Shown: positions 1 through 13,748, counted from the first letter of the stretch. The stretch: DNA of 64,000 bases from Octopus vulgaris (GCA_951406725.2 OX597827.1:41602001-41666000); one strand, 5' to 3'. A program made the numbers and translations. Notes: generated by a model not told the origin, from the letters alone.

Positions 1-280
1 ATATATATAAATATTCATATATATATATATATATGCAGGTATATATATATATATGTGTGTGTATATATATGTATGTATATACACATATATGCATGCATTT
101 AAATATATACATATTTATACATATGTACACACACACATATACATGTACATACACACAAATATGAGTGTATATGTGTATATGTGCACAATTATATATATAT
201 CTATATATCTATATATATATATTTACATATATATAGATATGTACATAGCTTCAAGTATATATATATACATATATATAGAC

Positions 281-344
<64 letters not shown>

Positions 345-345
345 G
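1..345. repeat. (TA)n/(CA)n/(GA)n compound microsatellite
   Basis: Visible dinucleotide tracts; they generate the YIYI/ERER pseudo-ORFs. Confidence 0.95.
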
Positions 346-597
346 AATAGAGCGATAATGAGACGGAAAAAGAGACTGCAAGTAGTTATGTATATATATT
401 AATGCATATTTAAATTCTATTATTTGTTTTAGCGCTGATGGCTAAGGTTATGCTGGTGCACTGTTTGCAGAATCAATGATCTGTGTCGTCTGTGTGCAAT
501 TCCAAGGAACCAATTATGTAGTGAGTTATTCGCTAAACTTAACATCACTAATCGCTGGCTAACAGAATTGACAGAGGCTACGCTGCTCTGTTCATGC

Positions 598-675
<78 letters not shown>
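598..675 (+). repeat. (TCTA)n microsatellite
   Basis: Perfect tetranucleotide array. Confidence 0.97.
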
Positions 676-683
<8 letters not shown>

Positions 684-845
684 TGTTCTTTTTTTTCCCT
701 TTTACGATCCCTTTTGATCGAAAACCTACAATACCTTTTTTTTTGTTTCTTTTGTTTCTTGTTTTTTTTCATACCCCAAAAGAAAAGCTCTACCTTGTAA
801 CTTGTCCCATCTGTGTGCAGCCCTGTGTGGCCAATAAAGAAACTT
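676..845 (+). mobile_element. 3' UTR/terminus of a Tx1/L1-like LINE
   Basis: Aligns with 40760-40892 (tttacgatcccttttgatcgaaaacc...ccccaaaagaaaagctcta...tctgtgtgcagccctgtgtgg-aataaa), where the same sequence follows a LINE ORF2 stop codon; ends in AATAAA followed by tatctatcta. Confidence 0.75.
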
Positions 846-859
846 ATCTATCTATTCAT

Positions 860-1370
860 CTGTCAACACCCGCGAAATGGAGGGCCAGGCATGCCATGGT
901 GGATGATGCGAAGACATGCGCTGAGACTACAACTCTGGTACTTCATAGACGACGGTGAACAGGTGTGGTCGCCGTTTGCGCGGCGCGCTTTCCCGCAGCT
1001 CATCTCCTTGACCGAACTACAGTCGTGGATCAAACAGAAACCGAGGCTAGGCGAATGGCACCGCGTGTATCGCGTTGCTCTCAAGCAACACTGCCGTCCG
1101 GGACCAAACTTGTGCGACTTCATTACAACAAAGGCGTTCTATAGAGGATTAGTAGAGTGTGGTGCGACGACATTCTCGGGTAGAATCTGGGTGTCGACGA
1201 GGAACACCTGACCCGCTTGTTCAGGATAACTTACGGGCCGGAACCTATGGACAATCACCAAAGGCCCATGGCCTGGCAGTGCTATCGAGAAGCATTACCT
1301 GTTCGGGATAAGCTCTACAGGCACGGTTTGAGACACACTGGACCGACTTGCCCGAGATGCGGTCAGAGCA
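860..1370 (+). mobile_element. Tx1/L1-clade LINE ORF2 fragment (post-RT region to zf-RVT Cys motif), frameshifted
   Basis: Translates CQHPRNGGPGMPW (GGLG.P-like motif) and, after a frameshift, MAWQCYREALPVRDKLYRHGLRHTGPTCPRCGQS, which matches the W..++.LP....L.......CP.C zf-RVT signature of L1/Tx1 ORF2. Confidence 0.8.
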
Positions 1371-1739
1371 AAAATGTTTTATTGATGAGCTTCTTTCCCT
1401 GATGAGAAGATTACATTGTTTTACACTATTTTATTCGTTTGGAATAATACCAATGTTGTCTTCGAAACATATGTCGGAAGCAAAAGAATTTGAATAACAC
1501 CTGCGTTTAGCTCCATTTATTTATTTATACATATTATACAAAATATTTCACATCAACCCGGAGTTTCTACCTTTACAAACAGGGTTTTACGTCCTTATTA
1601 CTTGTGTGATTTTTTGCTGCCCTGGTAATTGTTTATTTATTTTTTCCGTGTTAATTGTAAACAAGGGAAAAATACACACATCCATTTCCATATATATATA
1701 TAATATTATTTGGAACAGTTTGATTCGGTTCTGTACAAC

Positions 1740-2700
1740 TTCAATTTTCGCACCCTCCTAACGGGAGCCCGACTCCTTTAGGTTTCTGGAATGCCGAAAG
1801 GAGAGATTCAGTAAGTACAAAATGGTTACGTAGACCAACAGTTGTCTACCGGAAGGTAGGCTGCTATTGGTCAAGGAGGATCAAATGATATTGTAGCGAA
1901 TAGTATAGATTTGTTAGCGACACCAATTCCATCAGAATGGATTGCTAATTCGGGCAACATACTCCACAAGCTCTGTTGATACAAAAATACACCAGGCAAA
2001 CAAAATGTTTTTAGATTAGTAAATTAGTAAAGAACTCCTGGTAATCATAAGGCAAAGTCCGAGGGTGAAGTCCATTGCTAGTTAATTTTGTGAATCAATG
2101 GTTGCATTTCCCTGTTAATCTGGTCTTTTACACAGACTCCGACGATGATAGCATTTTTCAGTCGATCAATATAGACCGATTGAGTAAACAGAACCATGAA
2201 CGCACCTGTAATGCATAACAGAAACAGCTGTAAGTAAAAAATGCACAAATAATTAAGTCAAACCAAATAGCGATACTTTGGAATAATTTTATACGTACGT
2301 TTCTGGTCTGCGTAATATATAACTGGAAATGCATCCATTACGTAATACCTTCCTCAGTTAAAATGTTTTAAAATGTGAAAAATTCCATATGATCCTGTAA
2401 TTATCGTTCACCTTCTCAGCCTTTGGCCTCTTTTAATAGCGCTGTTTAGCCACTTCGAATTCACAAACGCAGCTAAATTCCCAATACTCTCTTTTACCAA
2501 AACTATCATGTCTACTTTTATATTCTGTTTCTGTTAATTTATTGCACTCAATTGGGAGATGGTTAAATTTTCATTCCTTTGTTCAAACGTTCTGCTTTTG
2601 CTCTCTGCCTGTGTCATCATTATTTGTCAATCAAATTCAATCTAACGGCTCCTTCTAAGACGAAAATCATAATTAAGGATATAAAATATCCATTCTCCAA
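1740..2700 (-). mobile_element. Highly decayed Penelope-like RT remnant (tentative)
   Basis: Only faint motif echoes on the minus strand (near 2110 'PD*QGNAT' resembles DKGN; near 1770 'GLPLGG' resembles G.PMG); many stop codons. Confidence 0.3.
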
Positions 2701-3108
2701 GCGTAACATTAAAAATATATATCTTTAAAGTAATGTCTTCATAATTTTTCGTCGATTGGTTGCAAAAAATTGCTCCATTATAGTGCATAGATATATATTT
2801 GAGGTGCGAGTGTGATTATTATTTGATATTTTGTATCATTACATAATATTCCAGTTCAATGAGTCTTATGTATTTTCTTATACTTCAGAGAATTCAATCA
2901 AAACTTTTATTATTTAGTACAATAGCCTTATATGACAGTAAATAGCTTTGATAATTGAACCTGATAGTAGTCAGTGATAATTCTAGATGATGCATATCTA
3001 AGCAGTATTTTAATATTATCATTAAAGTGTTCGACTGAATCAATCAGTTGTTAATTTACTTACAATATGAATAACATCTGAAGAAAAACGTAATACATTC
3101 TGCCTTTG

Positions 3109-3240
<132 letters not shown>

Positions 3241-3589
3241 AATTGCACCAAAGTTTGGAAAAAATTTCTGATCTTTCGAGGTAGACTATGTGCATTCATA
3301 GTTTCAATCTCTTACAGTGAAAATTCTGTTGTACCACCACCAACGCAGACACGTCGTTGTAGTCTTTTCTTTAACAATAATTTTAAGTCTTACTAACTGG
3401 TGTCTCTAGTGGCAAAGTAAACCTGCGTTTCATGTAGTTTCGATGGTTCGTTAGTGACATTACACTGTAGATTGTCTAACTGTAGGTTGAACGTTCCGTT
3501 TCTAGACGTCTTCGATGGAGTTAATATTTATTTTTTGGACAAGAGGCTGTTAAGAAGTGAACGAGTACGAATAAAAAGGGGGCTGGAAT

Positions 3590-3760
3590 GGGGTTCCTCC
3601 GAAAGGGTTTCTGAAGTAACGTTGATCGATAGTGTGCATAGTTCGGACATCAGGGAGTCTCTGCAAGTCGAGCCGTTGCTTTTCCGCATTGAGAGATCAC
3701 AGCTCAGGTACTACGGACATGTGATTAGTAGGCGACAAAACAGAATAGCCTTGTGCCAAC
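3590..3760 (+). mobile_element. RTE-clade LINE C-terminal fragment
   Basis: RVSEVTLIDSVHSSDIRESLQVEPLLFRIERSQLRYYGHVI matches the RTE post-RT motif (D+VR+.DIR..L..EPL..RIE..QLRW+GHV). Confidence 0.8.
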
Positions 3761-3795
3761 ATTTGAAAGCATCATCATCATCACCATCATAATCA

Positions 3796-4000
3796 GAGCT
3801 GGCAGAATCGTTAGCATGCCGGGCGAAATGCTTAGCGGTATTTAGTCTGCCGCTACGTTCTGAGCTCACATATTGCCGAGATCGACTTTGCTTTTCATCC
3901 TTTCAGGGTCGATAAATTAAGTACCAGTAAAATACTGGGGTCGATGTAATAGAGTGGTCTTCTTCCCTAAAATTGCTGCTTTGTGGCAAAATTTGAAACC
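3796..4000 (+). mobile_element. SINE family B (tRNA-like head + Meta/MESC-like core), followed by (ATT)n
   Basis: gagctggcagaatcgttagca head and gc-tttcatcctttc-gggtcgataaattaagtacca core; about ten copies in the window. Confidence 0.85.
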
Positions 4001-4005
4001 ATTAC

Positions 4006-4074
<69 letters not shown>

Positions 4075-4087
4075 GATGATGATGATG
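4001..4087 (+). repeat. (ATT)n/(GAT)n microsatellite
   Basis: Visible trinucleotide tract. Confidence 0.95.
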
Positions 4088-4444
4088 AAATCCTGAAGCT
4101 TCATGATTATAACTCCTAACTTCACTTACCTGCCTTTTCAAACGATTGGGCAATCATTTGCAAAATCGGAATCCAGAAATGTGACGCTATGATTCTGATA
4201 AATATGTACATCGCTTCTAATAAATATATGCAGAGTCAGGTGATGGTATTTACAAATATTTCTCTTTAAAAAATAATTTTACGGGAACAGTGAAGAGAAC
4301 TCGATACCTTCAAACGAATAAATTTATTGTATTTATTTTGTTTATCAAAAATTAACATGTGGTGAAAATTCACAGAAGAGAATAGAAGGTGGCAAACACT
4401 AGGTATAGAGAGATTAGGTGTACCAAGCGAATTTATCTAGCTCG

Positions 4445-7150
4445 AGTGTTGTAAAGGTAAAATTTCTTCTTATGACGACACTTATTGATGAGTTAGGTCT
4501 TTCTGTTTAGAATTACTGTCGTTTTATTAATACATAAAATTTTCCTCTTCACATAGATCTCAAAATATTTTCCTGTTAATCTCTCTTTCTCTTTCTTTCT
4601 TTTACTTGTTTCAGTCATTTGACAGTGGCCATGCTGGAGCACCACCTTTTAGTCGAGCAAATCGACCCCAGGACTTATTCTTTGTAAGCCTAGTACTTAT
4701 TCTATCGGTCCCTTTTGCCGAACCGCTAAGTTACGGGGACGTAAACACACCAGCATCGGTTGTAAAGCGATGTTGGGGGACAAACACAGACACACAAACA
4801 CAGACACACAAACATATACACATACACATACATATACATATATATATACATATATACGACGGGCTTCTTTTAGTTTCCGTCTACCAAATCCACTCACAAG
4901 GCTTTGGTCGGCCCGAGGCTATAGTAGAAGACACTTGCCCAAGGTGCCATGCAGTGGGACTGAACCCGGAACCATGTGGTTCGTAAGCAAGTTACTTACC
5001 ACACAGCCACTCCTACGCCTATGTTTTTTTAAAAATTTATTTAAATTTATTTTTAATATGTTCCATGAAATTTTTAAATTTATGTCGTTCTTCTTTTGTG
5101 CAATACATAGTTCAACAGAGCTGTGGTGGTCTGCTTGCTAGTTGATTTAAATATTGACTTGTGCTTCATAAAACGACTCACAGAGGATCTGTTACGTATT
5201 CCTATATATAATTTAATGCGTTCTAAAATTTGATAGCGAGAAAACTCTTCAGCGGGATAAACTGTCACTCCAGGACCACGTTTAAGGTTAGGCGAAACAA
5301 TGTAGAAATATTATGCTTGCTCGGATGATTACGTCATATAAGTTGATACTGATGGTATTCTATATAGAGAGTGGATTCCCGTTCTGGTTTTCTAGTACAG
5401 CGTTGTATATGTGGACATTGAGTGTCTGGATGCGTGGTGCAGGCTGTGGCTTAACGTCGATTTCATTTGCAGTTTTATGTTACCGATACCTAAATACAAC
5501 TGAAACTCGTCTAGAAGTTTTCGCCGAGAAAAAAAAAATGGGAGAAAATGCATACAGGGTAGTGTTGGCAGCGAAATGTTTTGAAATCACATTTAAAATG
5601 TTCATAGCTCTGTTATTGCTAACATTATCGTGGAACGGGGCATTTAACCAGATGACATTTTGGTTTCAGCTTCGTATATATTTTTTAATGCTTTCGTCCT
5701 TCAAGTGTGGCATATCCTTGGGAATAAAACTCGTTTTTTCTCATTTAAAACCGATATTCTCCCAGGCTATATTGTACTAACAGGCAATTCTGTTAAATGT
5801 CACGTCGTCTGCAAATATATCAGAGATACGTTCACTTGAGAACAGTGGGAGGGTTGGTGAAATTTCTGTCGATACAAGTAAGTGTAGGAGTTACTATTAG
5901 TGTAGGAGTTACTATTATTTGTGTGTACCTTATCACGAGATTTTGAAATATCAGTATGTTCGTTTTTGTGGCTACTGTTATGTTAAATCTTAGTTCCATA
6001 AAATTCAGAAGTGTTTTTCTAATCTAATATATGTAAGTTATATGCACAAGTAAGTTATATGCATATACTGGTACATGCATACGTATACACGTACATACAT
6101 AATACATATATAATATATTTTATATATACATATACAAACGTGTACGAGTATTTATACATAGACACACACAAACATAAACTTTAGTACTTTCAGGGTAAGA
6201 GATGAATGGATAGAATCTCCTTTGTCGAAGTCGGTGTCTTGTTTCGATTTATATGTTTGTAGTTAAATCACTCGATTGTGACATTGCTGTGATTCCATTC
6301 TGATAGGTTCATGGTTTGCCTAACTTTAAAATTCAAAGATTTTAAGAATTACTTACTCCCTATGCTCAGCTCGTTCTTGGAGAAGGTTATTACTTTGCAC
6401 TTAGGGTTGGATCATAAATTGGCGTTGTGTTCTTTGACGTAAAGTATAATGTGTAAGGAGCGAAGTATTCTATACGGTATAAGGTTGTCTACATTTAGCT
6501 GTTATGCCAGTGGCTTCTGATTTTCGAGTTTTTGACGCTTTCTAGTATGTTTTTACTATATTATCTTTTAGGAACTTTTGCTCTTAACAAAGACAGCTGA
6601 AAGGTAGAAGGCAGACGTTCTCCAAATACAAGAATAAAAAGACCATAAGAATTTGTAAATACGACTGTAAATCGTTGTAATCTTGATATTGCATGCAAAT
6701 TACAGTAATTGTATAGAGAGAGATAAAGGCAGTTTCTTTGCGTTCGTATTCAAATACATAAGAGGTGGTTGTTTGACCGTTACATCTCTTGGAATCGCAG
6801 CAGGAAGAAAATACGTCTAACCGCTTTGGTTGCGCTGTCCAAAAGCTCTAGATTTAATTCTCTCACAATGCAAACACCATGACGTGCGCCATCCAGTGGC
6901 AAATGGATGAGACAACTGGTTTCAAGAGAGATAACTGTCTACAATCTAATACGAGTAATTATCTCTCTTCTATAATTTGTTTTGTTGTAACGTGTATATC
7001 GTATTAAAGATTTTAGGATACGATATGATATTAGCCTATTTGGTAAATTCTGTGTGAAATGGATTTGATTTCTAAATTTCATTTTTTCAATTGGGTTTAT
7101 TAAATCAGTTTCTACATTTTCGAGATCCTATTTTCTGGGACGTATTCTTT
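4445..7150 (-). mobile_element. Decayed Penelope-like retroelement (Neptune-type RT + GIY-YIG), interrupted by a SINE and a microsatellite
   Basis: Minus-strand motifs appear in the expected order: KEHNANL*SNPKCKVITFSKNE (~6440-6370; KDHK.NF...P.CRLINP.K.E), FD..DSI (~6230), NPPTVLK (~5850; NHPP.ILK), NVIWLNAPF..NV...ILNVISKHF (~5660-5575; IWFNPPF), YIG...SRFMKHKSIF...TALLNY (~5205-5100; GIY-YIG), LCEEE (~4550), LINKCRHKKKFYL (~4490-4455). Confidence 0.8.
4597..5019 (-). mobile_element. SINE family A (tRNA-like head, ccttgggcaag CORE-like motif, internal microsatellite), full length
   Basis: Minus strand reads ggcgtaggagtggctgtgtggtaag...ccgggttcagtccc (A/B-box-like), then a (TA)/(TG) slot, then a tail ending tgaaacaagtaaaagag; many copies in the window. 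Inserted into the Penelope ORF. Confidence 0.9.
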
Positions 7151-7275
7151 TTATGTATTCTGAAAACAAATTTATTATGTATGGATACAGTTTTGCTGAT
7201 TTTTCGAAGGAAAAATGCTTTCAACAAGTTTAGCTTGATAAAACTTCCAATCTCTCTCTCTCTCTCTTTCTCTTA

Positions 7276-7445
7276 GTTTCAAGTTTTGGCACAAGGCCAG
7301 GAATTTCGAGGAAGGGGTTAAGTCGATTACATCAACCCCAGTGCTTAACTGGTAATGATTTTCTCGACCCCGAATGGATGAGAAGCAAAGTCGATTTCAC
7401 AACATAAGGCCAGACGAAATGCCGCTAAGCATTTTATCCGGCTTA
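7276..7445 (-). mobile_element. SINE family B, degenerate
   Basis: aagtcgattacatcaaccccagtg...tcgaccccgaa-ggatga-a-gcaaagtcga matches the reverse complement of family B. Confidence 0.75.
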
Positions 7446-7859
7446 AACAATATCAATACATTATTCTACTTAGTCCAACAAATACGGGCGACAACACCAG
7501 GCACGTTCCTTTACGTCTTATTACACCTCATCATAACTGAACCACAGACTTCACCATGAATCACTTAGAATAACCAGTTTTTAAATGTCAAAACATTGCA
7601 CACAAGTAGGCGTATAAAGTTTTCATAGCTTCTAAAACATTCGCCATTTTCTTGTTTCGTTTTTCGTTTACCTTTATCATCTCTGTTATATATATATATG
7701 TTTTTCTTGTCCCATCTTGGTTTTTTTTTCCGATTCTTTATCTTCACTTTTATCCTTTTCCTCTTCTTGTATACTTTCCTTCCCTCTTTATTCTCTTTTC
7801 AAATTTTATTTTCGTTATTTTCTTGGAAATTTATTTAACGTTTCTGTCTCCATAAATCA

Positions 7860-7901
7860 CACGCAGATAGACATACGCACGCACGTACTTGCTTTATGTT
7901 C

Positions 7902-7947
<46 letters not shown>

Positions 7948-8340
7948 ATATATATATATATATGCATATGCATATATATACACACACATATATATGTATA
8001 TGTATGTGTACATACACATACACATATAAATAATGCATATGTTAGAACACGTTCATATACAAACCTATATTAAAATATCTATATATATATACATGCATAC
8101 TTAATAATATACACACACATATATATACATATAACATTAAAAAATATAAATTTGAAATATATAAGTCTAAACATGCATACATACATTCATAGAAAGATAG
8201 ATATACACACTCACGCACATATGTATAGATATATATATGTATAAGCGTGCGCACACACATAAAAATACACATATACACACATTTACACATACACGTATAC
8301 GTATACGTATATAATAAATATATCCACGTATATATATATA

Positions 8341-8396
<56 letters not shown>

Positions 8397-8933
8397 TGTG
8401 TGTATTTTTTTTTCAAAAATTTGTGGTTTCACCTTGTTCCAAAGAATGAAAACATACAAGTACAAATAAATTTTCATACACGCGCACTCACACACACACG
8501 TACATACGTATATACATGTGTGACCGTGTATTGACATACGTGTGTATATATTTAGATATTTAGTTTGAAGTCTTTCTCAACGTTACATTCCTCTTTTTAT
8601 AGATTTAATTAAAAATTGTTTTGTTTATCAATTTTTACAATCCAAGAAACTGTGAAATAAAACATACATAAATTTCATGTAAAACAATATTAAATCATGT
8701 GAGATATTTTGCAGGTGTATTACATTTAACACCGATCCGCTCCGCCATTCCACCCCTGCCGCCAATATTTAGCGTACACACATCTGAGCTTGTTCACACA
8801 GATGTATAAACACGCACATATATGTACATATTTTTGCATATGGATATATACGCACGTATGTAATGTATAATATATATACACACATGTACATACATATATG
8901 TATGTATGTATGTATTTATGTATGTATGTATGC

Positions 8934-8989
<56 letters not shown>

Positions 8990-9128
8990 GTCTGTCTGCC
9001 TGTCTGTCTGTGTGTCTGCCTGTGTGCCTGTCTGTGTGCCTGTCTGTGTGTCTGTCTATCTGTCTGCCTGTCTGTTTATATATCTATTTATCTATCGATC
9101 GATCCATCTATCTGTCTATCTATCTATT

Positions 9129-9211
<83 letters not shown>

Positions 9212-9345
9212 ATATTTGTCTGTCTATGTATGTATGTATGTATGTATGTATCTATCTATCTATCTAACTATCTATTTGTCTGTCTATGTATGTATGTATG
9301 TATGTATCTATCTATCTATTTATCTGTCTGTCTGTCTATCTATCT
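7860..9345. repeat. Compound (TA)n/(TG)n/(TATG)n/(TCTA)n/(TCTG)n microsatellite field
   Basis: Visible simple repeats with short unique spacers. Confidence 0.9.
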
Positions 9346-10499
9346 GAGGTGTGTCTGCATGACTGACGCATTTATGCATAGACATATTTAGATAAAGTTA
9401 TGTGAATATAGTCGCATTGGAGCAAGCATAATTCTAAAGTAAGAAATTTGCTTCGCTACCTCCTTGTTCCCTGTACGATCTCTCTATGTGGCCCCTTTGT
9501 CAAATGTCTTTTACTAACTACTCTGCCCCAGAATTGAAACTGTGTCGAACGGCATCGAATACGTACACATACATGCACACACAACTTAGCACTGTCAACA
9601 TAAGACGTGCAGGTGTAGAGGACATTTTCATATACTTTTTGAGCCTTTTATTTTTACAATTTTACCGATTCTTTTAACTGGTTTATTTCATTCGTTATCA
9701 ATTTGAGAGACAGCTTTTCCTTAACGTAGCGTCACTCCAACCGGATTAAAAAATAATCTCATACCACGTGGATTCTCGCTAGCACCATTATGGCTGAAAT
9801 TGATAACATCACCAACACTGATGTAAGATTAACAGGATTACAACACCTACGAGTTATTTAAAATGACGTAAATATTTCCCCCCCTTCCTTTGGTCTTCTT
9901 ACTTAAATCAAGATCTACTTCGGTGTCATGAAAAAGTCCGTGATGACCCTTCTCTCGGCCATATGAAGTAAAAGAAAAAAAGTAAAAGAAAAAAAAACAG
10001 TAACAACAAAGAAAGAAAAAACTTGGAGGAAACTCACTCAAACTTAAACTATTTTACAGCCAAACAGCTTTCTTTGCGCAAAACAACATTCTTTGTGGAA
10101 AGGAAAGAAAAAAAGGAAACATGATATTCCAAGACGTGTGACACTAATCGATCTCAAAATATTGAGAACTAACCAAAATCTGTCATTTGTAAATAAACTG
10201 CTGCCGCCATCACTAAATTCTTAAATATCTCAACATGTGACTGATTCGACAGGGATGGTTATGGAATAAATTCAACTCATAAACATTTTGAAAGCATTTC
10301 CATTAAGAAAAAACTTTTCCAGCTCTTCTAAGGTATCGTTGAGTGACATGCAATTCTTCACAAGAATGATAGAAAAAGAATCTGCGCACGTGATGGAATT
10401 TATGATGGCTTCGCGATGTTAATTACCGGGTTACTTTCATTAACGCAGCTGCTGTTACTCTTAAAGATCACATTTTCGCAGAATGGAGCGCCGGTCAGT

Positions 10500-10645
10500 T
10501 GCAGGGTCATGCATTTACAGCCGAGTAAACTGGAGCAACGTGAAATGAAGTGTTCTGCTCAAGGAAACAGTGTACTGTCCGGTCCTGTAATCGAGGCAAT
10601 CAATATCTAACGCCAGCGAATGCAACACGCCAATCATTAGGCCAT
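10500..10645 (-). mobile_element. CORE-like SINE (family D type), degenerate
   Basis: atttacagccgagtaaactggagcaacgtgaaatgaagtgttctgctcaagga is the reverse complement of the body of the 16570 element. Confidence 0.7.
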
Positions 10646-10878
10646 TATGGGGGTGATAGAAAAGACAGAGAGAAGAAACTCTAGGCCTATGGCCCAGGTG
10701 CTGGAGTGTGTCCTTTAGTGGTGGAATTTTAAGTAGGCGACTGTTCCGTTTCTGGATGTGATCCAAGATGTCACTGTGTTCAGAAGCAGCACCGTCTCAA
10801 ATGTTGAAGTATTACTAAATTCTTGACCTCATTTGAGTCTTGTAGAGTGTCAGCAGCTGTTGGGGATACAATATTTTC
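10645..10878 (-). mobile_element. CR1/L2-group LINE, downstream part
   Basis: DTLQHLGHRPRVSSLCLFYHPHNG resembles the L..L..RR.V.SL.LFY+Y..G C-terminal motif; collinear with 11625-12130. Confidence 0.65.
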
Positions 10879-10879
10879 C

Positions 10880-11320
<441 letters not shown>

Positions 11321-11336
11321 ACACCTTAAATAGAAG

Positions 11337-11620
11337 GATTAGTATTTGGAATCCATTTATGAACTTATGTAGCAAGATTCCTGATGTGAAACCGTGTGTT
11401 GAAACAGATATTGTTATATTTTGAGTGATCATTTCTTTTTTGCCAAATAAACAAACTCACAATATATTTGTTCTTCACTCGTTTATTACTGTTCTTATTT
11501 TGTCTTATGTCCATTGTCCGGAAATCTTTCGTCGCACATCTGTGAGCTCTTCAGCGACCCTTTCCGTTCACGTCTATCCTCCTGCTCAAAAATAATAATA
11601 AAAATAAAAATGACCACCCC
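11337..11620 (-). mobile_element. Penelope-like terminal-repeat fragment with degenerate hammerhead
   Basis: Minus strand 11558-11520: CTGAAGA-gctcaca...gtgcgac-GAAAG; stem II is imperfect. Confidence 0.5.
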
Positions 11621-11624
11621 GAAA

Positions 11625-12130
11625 TGTAACAATATTTGGGATACAGTTCTAGCTATGCAAAGGATGTGATTTCGTCAGGAGAGATCCAAGGTGACAGTGA
11701 GATCTAGCTATTTTAAAGAGTGCAAACGCCGTTCATGTTTAGTGGAGATATGATGTTGTGGTGTTTCCTTGATATGAACTGTGTTCAAATTTTTTCTTTG
11801 CTGTTAAAAGAGACAAGGCTGGCATGGCCACACTGTAAGATGCTCTCAGGATCTTCGTTCATGGAATTATTGCAGGTTTGGCAAGTGACGTCTACGTTGT
11901 GAGTAGATGATGCATCGTTGGCGAAAGTTTGGGAAGAATAAAAGTTCATGTCATCTGTGTTGCAGTGGGTGTTGTTTGAAGTGTGAGAAAGTAGGTCGTT
12001 CCTGTATAGAAGGATGAGCTTTGAGAACCGAACCAAACCCTGGCGAACACCAGAGTTGATTGAGAGTGGCACAAAAAAATGCTCCATCGACACATGCCAC
12101 AATGTTTCAATCTGTTACGATGCTATTGAT
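11625..12130 (-). mobile_element. CR1/L2-group LINE RT fragment
   Basis: INSGVRQGLVRFSKLILLYRNDLLSHTSNNTHCNTDD resembles GVPQGS.L.P.LFL+YINDL......+ADD; SMNEDPESILQCGHASLVSFNSK resembles DL..I..WG..N.V.FN..K. Confidence 0.8.
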
Positions 12131-12212
12131 GAAAGCAATCCAACGATAAGTCGATCGATCGATCAAACCATCCATCCATCAATCCATCATCCATTCATAC
12201 ATACGTAGTACA

Positions 12213-12338
<126 letters not shown>

Positions 12339-12395
12339 TACATATATATATACATACATACATATATTTATATATGTGTGTGTGTGTGTGAGAGA

Positions 12396-12706
12396 GGAGG
12401 CGCAATGGCCCAGTGGTTAGGGAAGTGGACTCGCGGTCGTAGAATCGCGGTTTTGATTCCCAGACCGGGCGTTGTGAGTGTTTATTGAGCGAAATCACCT
12501 AAAGCTCCAAGAAGCTCCGGCAGGGGGTGGTGGTGATCCCCGCTGTACACGTTTGCCACAACTTTCTCTCACCCTTTATTCTGTTAGCCTGCTCACTTAG
12601 CCAGCGGAGTGACGTCATTTGAAGGCTAAAACAATGCGAAGCGCATTGTTACCAGCGATGTGTAACAACATCCGATAGCCTGGTCGGTCGCGGTGGTCAC
12701 GGCGAT
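12396..12706 (+). mobile_element. SINE family C (tRNA-derived head)
   Basis: tggcccagtggttag A-box and ggttttgattccc B-box-like, followed by an unrelated body ending in (TA)n. Confidence 0.75.
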
Positions 12707-13479
12707 ATATATATATACACGACACACACGCACATATATATAGGTATGTGTATATATGTATAATATATATCATATATTATATACACACAGACACATATGA
12801 ATATAGAAATATTGTATACATTATGTTACGAACGTTTCCATATAGTGGTTATTTATTTGCCCAATATTATATTACATTATATATCCACATAACCATCAGA
12901 CATGTTTGTACAGTTGACAGGTATGTGTGTACATATATACATACATAGATACATACATACATACATACATATATACATACATACACACATACATACATAC
13001 AGATACACACACACACATTAGTCAATTAAAGGCTTAGAGTTACGTGTCAAAAATTGAAAAGTGAGTATGGCATGAAACTCTACGTCTTCGAATCATTTAT
13101 ATAGCTTTACAATTAACAAATTATGTATTCATTTTGTCTCCCTTATTGCGTGCTACATCCTCCATTTGTAAAGCCAAAACACATTCACATGCACATACCT
13201 GTATAGTTGCATATTTGTTGAGAGTATGCATGTGTACTTGCGAGTGTGCATTTGTTTGTGTGTGCGTATGCATGTATGTGTGTGTGTGTGTGTTTGTAAA
13301 TGAATATATAATGTGCAACAATCACGGAAACGGATATATTTGCGGTCGCATGATCAAGCAATAAACAAGTGCCAAGGGGTTAGCAGCGGCAAAGCGGGTC
13401 ACTTGTACTTGTAAGGACAATGACGAGTGGTGATGTACTGTCGTGGGTTTGATAGGGAATTCTGAAATTTGCATAATCG

Positions 13480-13536
13480 TATGAATTATAAATGCACATA
13501 CACATATAAATACGTAACATACTCACACACAATTTT

Positions 13537-13588
<52 letters not shown>

Positions 13589-13748
13589 CGTACATTTACA
13601 CACACACATATATGTTTACACAAATACATACACACACACACATATATATATATATAATTACACATACATTATTATGTATATATATAGATATATATGTATA
13701 TATATATGTTTATATATGTATATATGTATGCATATATATATGTGTATA

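Noticed and set aside
1396-1430. CTGATGA motif as a hammerhead core
   Set aside because: No stem II or downstream GAAA at a suitable distance.
5313-5780. 155-aa plus-strand ORF as a membrane protein
   Set aside because: It is antisense to the decayed Penelope ORF, whose motifs lie on the minus strand.
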